Below are positions 48,231-60,100 of a stretch of DNA of 64,000 nt, in pieces. The first letter of the stretch is position 1; each line of letters begins with the position of its first letter. Origin of the DNA: Mobula birostris (taxonomy: Eukaryota). A program made the translations under genes and the position numbers. The stretch covers positions 14,033,884-14,097,883 of the forward strand of contig NC_092371.1 of assembly GCF_030028105.1 (NCBI RefSeq). Reading direction: 5' to 3'. Under the pieces are notes generated by a model. The model made no database searches. It saw only the letters and a program-made list of their open reading frames with translations, and was not told the origin of the DNA.

Positions 48231-48689
48231 TCAAGTTCACAAATTCTCCTGTCTGTTCCCCTGACTACAGAGTCCCCAATGACGACAGCTCTCCTCTTCT
48301 CCGTCCCACGCTTCTGCACCACAGAGTCAGACTCACTGCGGGAGGCCCTGCCACCGTGGCTCACTCCTGGTCGGTTGTCCCCTCCAACAGTATCCAGGAC
48401 AGTATACTTATTATTCAGGGGAATGGCTACAGGGGTGCTCTGCACTTCCTGTCTACTCACCTTCGCTTTCCGCCCTCTTGACTGTCACCCCAGCCTAAGT
48501 GTGACTACCTCCCTGTAGCTCTCACCTATAAGTCAAAGCTGCTGCTCCAGATTCCTTACACGGCCTTCTACGTGATTCATTAACGTTGTAGGTAAGATTA
48601 TGGCTTTTGCATTCAACATAAACCGTGATGATAATCTGGCACTGTTTTAAAGTTCGGTGCTTGCGGATTCAACTCAGTTTTATTGAGGC

Positions 48690-49118
48690 CTCTGTTCAAT
48701 ATTCCGTACATCAATCTTGTAACGCATGGTTATGTTAGTTGGTGTCTTTTTCCTGTCCGCTCGCATCAGTATAGTCATTCTCCTCTGACCTATCTCATTA
48801 ACAAGGTGTTTTCGTCCACAGACCTGTCGTTCACTGGTTTTTATTTTTGCTTCATTCTCTGTGCACTTCAGAGAATTTTGTGCCAGAAAAATCCAGGAGA
48901 TACGCAGTTTCCGAGATACCCAAACCACCCCGTCAGGCACCCACAATCATGTCAGGTTTAATGCCACGAAGATCCTCATTTTGATGTTTGGTCTCAACAA
49001 TAAACGAACCTCCTTATCATGTCTGAATTGTTCTATGGATTGAGTTGCCGCCACATGAGTTGTTGATTAGATATTTGCATTAACGATCAGCAATACCTAA
49101 TAAAGTGTGCACTGAGTG
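48690..49118 (-). mobile_element. Tc1-like non-autonomous element
   Basis: Terminal cctaataaagtgtgcactgagtg|TA and a transposase-derived segment. Confidence 0.65.
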
Positions 49119-49762
49119 TATACGTTAGTTGTGGGTATGATGTACTGACATCCAGAGCACTACGACGTTTGTGGGTTGCTTTGGACTGTGCTGGTTGTCA
49201 ACCCAAACATCGTATTTCACTGTATGTGCCGACATACATGTGACAAATAAGAGGAATCACATCCTTGCCTTTGTTCTTGGAATGACACGATATATTACGA
49301 AAGCGAGATTAAAGAGTTTAGTCCCATAGACACACAATTAAATCCCGAAATTGCGTTTAGTTATAAGAAGCTGTGGTATTGCTCTTGTTCTCGATCTTTA
49401 CACTCCACACACGCCGGAACAGTATTCCTTTGTGCAACTCAGGACTGATTTGCATGATAGGAATCACGTGACGAACGAATGGTACCGTATACAATACAAC
49501 CAGGTTCTTGTTGCGATCCTTCGCACCATCTTTCGGGGACGGGTGGCGCAACAACACCTCCGTGAGTATTTTTAGTGGCTGCTTCTCCTGTTTTATGTTC
49601 ACAGTGGAAAGATTGTAAAGCAGTTAAATACATGGAAGTATTAAAACGCACCAGATTGACACATTTCTTTGATGTCCAGTGCTAAATTTGTTTTCCGAAT
49701 CTGTTCTACTTCTGCAGATTTATTTCTCATAACAACAAATCAAGCTGCAATGCTAATGTATT

Positions 49763-49945
49763 TTCCTTCGTCTTAAGCCCATCACCCCCGCTGGAGTACA
49801 CAACGCCGACAGATCCTTCTTCTCCCATGGATCGGGTCTTTGCACCTTCTGCGGCATTTCTGTAGCTCTGGGGTTTACTGGTTGGGGTTGCGAGCCCCAT
49901 GCCCAACCCTGCTCCTTTCGCAGCCCGGCTTGGGACCAACAATGG
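49763..49945 (-). mobile_element. Short bipartite RTE-derived retroposon
   Basis: Same motif order as 35947-36200; 3' end GGGGTGATGGGCTTAAGACGAAG. Confidence 0.55.
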
Positions 49946-51264
49946 CAGAGTTAAGACGACAGTATTCAGTCTAAAGATATTGTTACTGAATCGCAAGTCA
50001 TACTGGGCATAAACGTTAAAAATGCCAGTGGAATGTTGATTTTCTCCAAGTGAGATCAGCCTTGTGGAAGCACTGGAAGGCAGCCATACAGGGGATGTAA
50101 TCGACAAACCAGGTTCAACGGCGAAGATACATGAGATTCCATTCCCTGTAGCCCTTATCACCACTTCAGCCCTGAAAGCAAATTCATAGTAAGGAAGAAC
50201 ATGATATGGCGGACTCGCAATTGACATGTATGAAACAGAGTAATAATGGCAGAAGGGCATTGCAGAATCTGAAAAAGGAAAAAAAAACATTTTCCTTCCC
50301 CAAGAGCAGTCGTGGGATTAATGTCCAATATATTTGGAGACATAAGGTGAATATTGAATGCAGGGCATCCAGCGTTAAGCGCGGCATCAGTCATCCGCTC
50401 CGCAAATGTCCTTTCGGAATTCCCGTCGGATTGCTGATATCACATGAATTACCATTTTTTGCTGATGTTTATAAATTCATAATGGTGTTCAGACGCCAGT
50501 CGTAACTTTCAGAAATCACATGGAAAAGTTAAGGGTGGTCCTCAGTTAATACCGTGCATTCAAGCGAGACTTCATTCCATAGACCCTGACGTAGCAGCAG
50601 AAGGAAGCCGTTCGACCCTACAGGTCTCACAAGCGAAGAGCAGAAGCGGGTCAAAACTTCCCGACTCTACGTCCCTTCAATCACACTCCGCCTGTCCAGT
50701 ACCTTAACTCGTTTTTACTGATAATCTTACCCCGTTGTGCAGCCACAACCGATAATGTGACATTTCCCATCCTCGAAATACGCTAAATTGCGTTAAAACG
50801 TGATAAAACAAACACACGACCCTGCATAAATGAAAAGAAAACAACCGACACTGAGCGACGGATCACAGATTCAAATCACCGGGACTGGGTGTCCGACTCC
50901 ATGGACCATTTTGCATTTCACAACACAGACTACTGGACACCGTGGTATCATCAGAAACACAGGAATTCTGCAGATGCTGGAAATCCAGAGCAAAAACATA
51001 CGCGCACACGCACACACATTCGCACACGCACACTGCTGGAGGACTTCAGCAGGTCAGGCAACAACAATGAAAAAAAATACAGAGTCAACGTTTTGGGTCG
51101 AGTCCTTTCATCAGGATAGGTGATGCGTCTTTGCCCTGAACGAGGATTCTATTCCTATCAATAGATGTTGCTTCATCTGCTGAGTTCCTCCAGCAGTTTG
51201 TCTGTGGTCCCGCAGTTTCAAATTAACTGGGGTAATATATTAACTGGAAAACAAGAGTAGTTAA

Positions 51265-51743
51265 TGTAACGGTCCCGACCATTCATTCCCCATTTACTCC
51301 TAATGCCCTTTGATTGTGTCATGGTCCCGACCGTTATTTGCCCATTTTCTCCTTATTCGCTTTGATGGCGACACATCTGGTTCCCATCAAGACCTGCAGC
51401 TTAAAAACCCCGGCTTTGCATCCACTCATTGTCAGATCGTTGTTCAGCCTGTGTGGTAATTAACGTTCCCGGCCGCTTAGGATTGTGTATTCTAAGTTTT
51501 ACTTCTGTACCGAGGTTTACCTGTGCAACTCCTTCTCTCCGTGTCCAGAAATGTATTGTCTACCACTTGCGTTTCTACGCTCCGTGTCAAGATAAGGGTT
51601 GCCTGCCGCCTGCCTTTCTGTTTGTCTTTCAACTCCAGCAGCGCTTCCTGTCAGGTTCCGGCTACTCTCACGCCCTCGTCTGGACCCTAACCCTGTCCCC
51701 GTGCCAGTATCCTGCGTTTGGGTTCGCCCCGTTCCTTGTAACA
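51265..51743 (+). mobile_element. Solo LTR (479 bp)
   Basis: TGT...ACA termini and a perfect 5-bp TSD GTTAA (51260-51264, 51744-51748). Confidence 0.85.
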
Positions 51744-53795
51744 GTTAAAGGCAGGGAGCAAAGATTAAAAATCACTGTGAAACTTCCTTATTAGTTTGGT
51801 CCCGAAGAAGGATCTTGGCCCGAAACGTCGACAGTTTATTAATTTCCATAGATGTTGCCTGGCCTGGGGAATTCCTCCTGAATCTGTTTGTGTTGCTTTG
51901 GATATCCAGCATCTGCAGAATTTATTGTGTTCATAATTCTGGTGCTGTAAAGATCTCTGATTTGTCCTCAGCTCTTTATATTCCACTTAAATATCAGGCA
52001 CATTCCCAGGGGCTATATATCAAGTATAATGTATCCAAAACTGCTGACTATAGAAAACCGGGCAGGAACGTGATTGGGAAATCGAATTATACATACAAAA
52101 GGATATCAATCCATAAGAACAGGAAAATTACGTATCATATGGAGAACTATAAGATTGTTGATTGCATAATTCAGACGCAGCACGGGCCTTTCGGGTAGAA
52201 AACGTCTCTTTCATGGTCCTGCGTGTTTTGCACCTGCATTTGCGAATACTTTTCGTATCTAGTGTCGATAACCCTTGTGCTTTCTGCTTCATCTTGTCAT
52301 GTTTATGTTGATTGGCACGGGTTTTCTGCGTATTGATGCTCTTTAAGGCGGATTCCTCATTTGCACTTATGGTGGTGTCCTGGTTTTTCAAAAATGATTC
52401 ATCTGGCGGTGGTGGTCAGCTAAGCCATCAATGTTCTGCTGGAATTACTATGAATACACACTTGTTTCTGTCTCTACATTAGAGTCTGTCGTTCCTCCGC
52501 ACCCGAGTCAGTCGTTTGCCAGCGCACACAGTAGCAGTCGCTTCCTGAGCCACAAATGAACCCAGCGGAATTTCAACAGCCGCTTGGATAACGGTTAGCT
52601 GGAGGCGAGCGTCCCTTATATTCTCAGTGCGCCTGTCGAGGCTCTGTTCCGAGTTTTCCTATGACTTCCACTGACTTACAGGTTTCCGAGGAATATTCCA
52701 TATTATCGAGATAATGTCATGTTACTGATGTAATCGAGAGCATCAGGTGTGTCTCTAGTTTACCAGTCAAGTCTCCAGAGTATCAGCTCTTTCTCGAGTT
52801 TCCCAGCACTTTCTCGAGAGCATCCTGTCTGTTTCGAATTCACAAGCCCTGTCTCGAGTAACCTAGGGATCCTTGGGACGACAGGTGCCGGCCTTGGGGA
52901 ATGAGGTACAGCCATGGGGCTGTGAACGTGTCTTTCTCATTGTTGTTTTACTTAGAGTCATTAACCCATTTTGCCTTCTGTTTAATCTTGTCAAGTTTAT
53001 TTTGATTGACACGTGTTTTCTGTGTACTATGTTTTTTTAAAGTAGACTCACTACTGGCACTTATTGCGGTGTCTTGGTGTGTCGAGAACGATTCGACTCG
53101 CTGTTGCTTAGTCAAGCCACTGATGTTCTTGTTGGAATTCTTATCTAAAGCTGTCTCGATATGGGAGTCTGTGTTTCGTACGCGGCTGAATTCAGTCGTT
53201 TTCAGCGCACGTCGTGACAGTCTCATAGTTGGGGCTCCTTGCTTAGTGGGGTCAAATTCGAGACAATTAGAAGGATAACGAGTGGAGGTGACTGAATCGG
53301 TATACAGGTCTGGAACTCTCTACTGAAAGGTCCTTGGTGCTAAATCTCTTTATTAGGGGCAGCATCAGTGTTCTTTTTCGACATGACCAATAAAAGATAG
53401 TGGGGGTGGGGTGTGGTGGGCTGGGGGTTGGAACTGAGAACTCCGGGAGCACGAAGTTCCACTGGTGAACATGTGGTGGCGGTAGGGAGCTATCGAGGAC
53501 CGGAGTCTGTCCTAACCTTCCAAAGCAGCGTCAGCAACGGAAAATAGAGCTAGATTTGCACTTCGATTGCGCCAATCCGAATTTCAACAGCACAACAAGA
53601 GCTTTACACCTGTTAATTCATTGATGTAGTCATTCCTGTAATATATTAAGCAGGGCATCATGTTCGTAACCGGATGATCCATTTTGCTAAAGTTTTTGTG
53701 GCATCGCTGTTAACGCTGGTCACAACGCTCTACTTTCGTAAAGCGTTGAGTACAATTGAGTGATATAGGAATTAAAATCTTTCACCTTACAGAAA

Positions 53796-54330
53796 TACAC
53801 TAAGTGGTCACGTATTTTGTACACCTATATACCCGATCATTAATGTAAATATCTAATCAGTCAGTCAAGTGGCAATAACGCATTGTATAAAAGTAGGCAT
53901 ATAAAATCAAAAAGGTTCAGTTGTTGGTTGGACTACACAGCTGAATGGAGAAGAAAAATGAACTCGATCGGAATGATATTTGGTGCAAGATGGAGCGGTT
54001 CGAGTATTTTGGAAACCGCTGCTCTCCTGGATTTTCACGCACAACTGTTACTGGAATTTACAGAGAATGATGCGAAAAACAAACAATTAAAGAAAAACAT
54101 TCAGTGAGCAGCAGTTCTATGGGCTAAAACGCCTTGTTAATAAGGGAGGTCAGAAGAGAATAGTCGGACTGGTTCCAGCTGACAGCAAGGTGACGGTAAC
54201 TCCTTTGTATTATCACTATCGTGCACACCACACCTTTCAACAGTGATGAAGAAGAGCATCTCTGAACGCAGAATATTTCGAATAACAACAGAAGGCCATG
54301 GACATACAGGAGGTACCTGATAAAGAGGTA
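53796..54330 (+). mobile_element. Tc1-like non-autonomous element
   Basis: TA|CACTAAGTGG terminus; internal sequence shared with 4881-5232. Confidence 0.65.
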
Positions 54331-55019
54331 AGAGTAGAGATTACTATTATGCTTCCTCCATTGCCGCTTCCGAATCCGCCTATTTATTGCTGCCATCGAA
54401 TAATTCGCTGATTTGGTTACATTTTGGATATGCTGGTAGGCGCATATTCATGCCTTAACAGTTCACGTGAGTCAAATGAAAGAGGATAAACAGGTACAGA
54501 AAAGTAACAACCCACGGGACCTGTTACATGGGAAGTAGTAAAGACATTCGGCCACTTCAGTCTTCAACGGAGCAAGGCACGGGGGCGTTTGGTTCGACCA
54601 GCACAGTGTGGAGAGGAAATATTTGAGTCCCTTCCGTCACCAGCTCATTACTGGGGTGGAGTAGAAGGAGCTTTTTCCATCACAGGCATCAAAATTAGAT
54701 GTGCAATTCATTGCCACAGACAGCTGTGAAAGCTTCGTCATTTGGCATATTTAAAGCGGAAGTTAAGGGATCCTTGATTAGCAACGGCGTCAAGATTCCA
54801 CCGAGAAGGCAGGGAACTGGGCTGAGAAGGACAATAAATAAGCCATGATGGAATGGCGGGTCAAACGTGATGGGCTGAATCGCCTGATACAGCTCCTATG
54901 TTTATGCTTTAAGATTAAGAAGTACTTCTGAAATGAATCCGTCGGCATTTGCACTGTCAATCTTAACTGTTTAAAATGATACCTATGCAGATAAAACATC
55001 AGGCACGAAAGAAAGAAAC

Positions 55020-56380
55020 AGGAACAGACACAAAACGCTGGAGGAACTCAGCAGGCCAGCAGCATCTATGGAAAAGAGCACAGTCGACGTTTCGGGCTGA
55101 GACCCTTTATCAGGTCTAGGGAAAAAGTTGTGAATTCAGAGTCTGAAGGATGGGGGGAGAAAAGTAGAAACACAACGTTATGGATGAATCCGGGGTTTGG
55201 GATAGGTGGGGAGGTGATGTGTAGTAAAGATCTGGGAATTAATTGGTGATAGAGATACAGGGTGGGAGAAGGGGTAGTGTGACAGGAGAGAAACGAAAGC
55301 CATGGAGGGAAGAACTGTGGTAGGAGCACCAAAGGAAGGTGATGGACGGATAAAGTGAGAGAGGGAAATAGGAATGGGGAATTGTGAAGGGGGGCGGTGG
55401 GCATCTGGAAGTTCAAAAAATCGATGCTCATGCCACCAGGTTGGACGGTCCTCGGACGGAAGATAAGGCGTTGCTCCTCCAGCCTGGGCGTGGCCTCATC
55501 ACGACAGTAGAGGAGGCCATGGACTGACATGTCGAGATTGGAATGGGAAGTGGAATTAAAATGCATGGTCATTGGGAGATCCCGCTTTTTGTAGCGTAGG
55601 TGCTCGGCGAAAGGGTCTCCGAATCTACGCTGGGTTTCACCGACATTCACGCGGCTACACCGGGAGCACCAGATACAGTGTATTACCGCAACAGACTCAC
55701 AGGTGAAGCATCGCCTCACCTGCAAGGCCTGTTTGGGGCCCTGAATGGTAGTGAGGGAGGTGGTGCAGGGGTCGGTGTAGCACTTGTTCCGCTCACAGGT
55801 ATAAGTGCCAGGAAGGAGTTCAGTGGGGAGGGACGAATGGGCAAGGAAGTCGCATGCAACTCATTAACTGCGGAAAGCAGAAAGTTGAGAGGGGAAGAGG
55901 GAAAGGTGCTTGGCGTTGGGATCCCATTGGGGATGGGGGAAGTTACGGAGAAGCGTGCTGGACGCGAAGACTGGTCGTATGATAGGTGAGAACAAGCTGA
56001 ACACTACCCCTGATAGGGTGGCGGGAGAATGGGATGAGGGCCGACGTGCTTGAAATGGAAGTGATGCGGTTGAGGGCAGCGTTCATGGTGGAGGATGGGA
56101 TGCCCCTTTCTTTGAAGAAGGGCGAGATCTTCGTTCTCATCCTGAGCAGAGATGCGGCGGAGACGGAGGAATTGAGAGAAGGTGTTGGCACTTTTACAGG
56201 TAACTGTGCGAGAAGAGATATTGTCCAGGTAGCTGTGAGAGTCAGTGGGTTTATAATAGACTTCAGTAGATATGCTTGTCCCCAAAGATTAAGAGAAAGA
56301 GATAGAGAAAGGAGATGGAGGTGTCGAAAGTAGACCAAGTAAATTTGAGGGCAGCGTGGAAGTTGGAGGAAAAGATGATG
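55020..56380 (-). mobile_element. Older Penelope-like 3' fragment
   Basis: GIY-YIG-region peptide (VIHCIWCSRCSRVNVGETQRRFGD) and a degenerate terminal hammerhead motif. Confidence 0.85.
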
Positions 56381-57113
56381 AGGTCGACGTGCTCCCTAAT
56401 TACGAAGTATGTCTGAATTATTAGAAGACGACAAAGTGTGATAACCCTTCAGGCAGGAAAGAAATAAACAGTCAATGAATGGCTGAAGGAATGTGTCGAA
56501 GTGAAGGATGGCACCAGTCTAGAGCATGGCCCTCTTGGTAAACTCGGATTTTGTGAATGAACCTCTTGGTGTTTACGTGAACTTTAGCAAGATCTTTGTC
56601 AAGGATCCGCATGGTAAGCTGGTTCGGAAGCTTGGAAAACATAAAGTATGGCATGAGCGAGCCAATTACCTAAAAAACTTTGTGTGGCATTGGATTGAGA
56701 GCGGTAGTGAAGCATTCTTTTACACACTGGAGGACTGCTACCAATGGTGTAAAACAGCGACATGTGTTGACTCTACGTTTGCTAGGCTATCATAACCATT
56801 TGGATGCGAAAGTAGCTGGCATGCTTGGCATGTTGCAATTTGGGATGATAAGCTGCAATAACTTCCGCGTCAATTTGCAAGAACCTGGGGAGTGTTGTAG
56901 AACAGAGAGACCGAGGGACGCCAGTGGCAAAATGAATGATGCAAAATCACGTTATGTCCATACATATATCAATTCCAGCCTGGAATGTGGCGAGGCTATT
57001 AGAGAGTGAACTTCATCAGTTAATATAACATAGTCTGCCGATGCTGGGGTCAAAGCAACTCTCACAACACACTGGAGGAACTCAGCAGGTCGGGCAGCAT
57101 CGTGGAAACGACG

Positions 57114-57149
57114 AGTCGACGTTTCGGGCTGGAACCCTTCGTCAGGACA
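57114..57149 (-). ncRNA. Minimal type I hammerhead ribozyme motif of Penelope origin (best-preserved copy)
   Basis: GTC-CTGACGA-A-GGGT(TCCA)GCCC-GAAAC-GTC-GAC: stem I GTC/GAC, stem II intact, palindromic ACGT helix III. Confidence 0.65.
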
Positions 57150-60100
57150 GTTTCTCATACTCCACCATCACTGAACCCCCACACCACCACCCTCCACTCA
57201 ACAGGCGACAGACCTTGCGTCCCTTTTGCTTTCAATTCAGTAATGTGTAATTTGACTGCCTCTCATTTCCCTAAACTTCAGAGAGCTTGACGTCTCCTTC
57301 TCAGCCTCAAAGGAAAAGTAAATTTGGCATCGAAGTTCATACACGTCATCATATACTCCTACGGGATTCATATTCTTGTGGACATTCAGAGTAAATAAAA
57401 AGAAGCACAAACGAATCAATGAACAACGGGAGGCAATAAAGAGGGACAATGAACCAATGTGCAAATACCCAAAATAATAATGAATAAAATAGCAATAAAG
57501 ATTAAGAGCATGTGTTACAGAGCTCTTGAAAGTGTCCATAGATGGTGGAATCAGTTCCTTGTTGTTGTGAATGAAGTTGAGTGAAGTTGATCTCTTTGTT
57601 TCAAGAGTCTGATAGTAGAGGGTGATAACTGGCCCACAACTGTTCATAGTGTTGTGGGACCTTGGGCTCATGTACATCCTTCTCATGGTAGGAACATGAA
57701 GAGAGCATAGTGGGGATTGTGGGGGAGGGGGATTCTTGATGACAGTTGCTGCTTTCATGCGACTCCTCCGCTTAGGAGTGCTTCATAGTGGGGAGCACTT
57801 TACCCGTGATGGCCTAGGCTTTGTCCACTACTTTTTTAGGTCTTTCCGTTCGAGGGTACTGGTGTTTCCACATCAGGGAGGGACACAAGCCGTCAATATA
57901 GCTCAATCGTGCATCGATAGAAGTTTGTAAGAGTTTTAGATATCATGCCAAAGCTTTGTAAACTTCGAAGAAAGCGGGGGCCCCGTAGTTACTTCTTTGT
58001 AATGGCGGTTGTGGGCTGGACCCTGGACAGAAATGATAACATCTCTGATCTCCTGATGAGGTCTGGATGAAGGATCTCCGACTTCCTCCCACTGTAGTCA
58101 ATAAACTGTTCTTTGGTTTTGCTGACATTCAGTGAGAGGTTGTTGGTGTGGCACTATTCAACCAGATAGGGTCATGTCTTTGAATCAGTCCTCTGCCCCA
58201 GGGAATCAAAGGTTACACGACCAACACGTAGACGTAGATCCGAAGACCAGTGGTAGATACGTTCAACAATCTGCCAGAGGTAGTGGTAAAGGGAAGCAAA
58301 ATTGTGCAGTTTAAAAGACATCCGGGCAGTTAGACGGATATTAAAATTTTATGGTGACATTAGTCAAACACATACAAATGGGATGAGCGCAGTTAGGCAA
58401 CATGGCAGGCATGGACAAGTTCGGCAGAAAGGCCTGTTCCTGTGCTGTATAACTCTGCAAGTCCAAATGCCGCGGTTGTCAGGGACAGAGAATTAGTGTC
58501 ATAGTTGGTTGTCCGTGAGGCTCAACAAGAACGACTCCTAGGGCTTCTAATAAATATTATGTATTGTAAGGACCGACGTGTAAGGACAAAATATATTTGA
58601 AGTTAGTAACAAGGAATAAAACTAAGGATCAATTATATCCTTCGCAGGTTAATAACATCCAAGTACAATAAGCTTTGAGGGAAATATTGTTGGCTTTTTC
58701 CAAGGAGTTTGAGGACGGGACATTGTGATTAGATGACAATTGTTCAGTACAGGAAACAGGTGTGTTTTCGGATCGATTTGCCTCAGGCTGATCATGCTCT
58801 CCGACCAGTAATGACAGCTGGGAAAGGGAAACCAAAGAAGGTCGGGGAACTGAAAGGTGAATACACAGAAAGGCAAGATAGTGAGTCCGTTACAAAGGGG
58901 ACGCAAAATATCTTTCCTCTGGATTGGCGATGGGGGAATAGGATGAACAACGATGACGTAACTCAATTCAGTCAGGGCTGGTCAATTTTCTCCCCAAATG
59001 CCCCGTGCATTTTCAGTCGCCGACCATAGTCCAGGATGGGATGGATAGATGTGATTCGCCGTGATCCAGTGCTGCGGATATCGGCTCGGCAGTGCTGGGG
59101 TTATGACCATTTCAGATCTTGGATAACAGCGAAGCGGGTGCGCGGGGTCCATGCGTGATCTTATATATTCCCCTGTGTGTCCGGTATTGAAATATTTATC
59201 GGTTTCCTCAGATCCGTTTGGAGGATGTGGGAAGTCAAGGCTAGTACATCGTCCCTCATAACTGCACCTGCGAAAGGTGCATCCAGCTGCGGCTCCTGAC
59301 AAAACGAGTTACGGAACTGGAGCTGGAGCTGGGTGAACTTCCGATCATTCGGGAGGTAGAGGCAGAAATAGAGAGGAGTTACAGGGAGATAGTCACCCCT
59401 ATGTGTCAGGAGACAGGTAGCTGGGTGACTGTCAGGAGAGGGAGGGGGAATAGACAGAATGAAGAGAACACCCCTGTGGCCGTTCCCACCAACAATAAGT
59501 ACATCGTTTTGGATACTGTTGATAGGAATGACCTACTAGGGACAATTTGCAGTGGTTGCGTCTCTTGCACCGATATGGGACCCTCAACTCAGAAGGGAAG
59601 GAGGGAAAAGAGGAGAGTAGTAGTGATAGGGGGTTCGATAGTTAGGGGGACAGATAAGAGGTTCTGTGGAAGAGATCGAGAATCCCGGATGGTCTGCTGC
59701 CTCCCTGGTGCCAAGGTCCGCGATATCTCGGATCGAGTTCTCGGTATTCTCAAGAGGGAGGGTGAGCAGCCGGATGTCGTGGGTAGGAAGAGTAAGGAGG
59801 CCCTGAAAGGTGAGTTTAGGGAGTTAGGCGCCAAGTTAAAGGACAGGACCTCCAGGAACTCCAAGATAGCAATCTCAGGATTGCTACCAGTGTCACTTGC
59901 AAGCGGGTTTAGAAATAGTAAGATAGCGCAGATCAACACCTCGATGAAGACATTGTGGAGGAGGGAGGGCTTCAGCTTTATAGATGATTGGGCAGTTTTC
60001 CAGGGAAGGTGGAACCTGTTGCGGCGGAAAGTCTACATCTGAACTGGAGAGGGACAAATATTCTTGCAGGTAGGTTTGCTAAAGAGGCTCCGGTGGATTT

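Noticed and set aside
49599-49640. CACAGTG heptamer
   Set aside because: No nonamer at 12- or 23-nt spacing.
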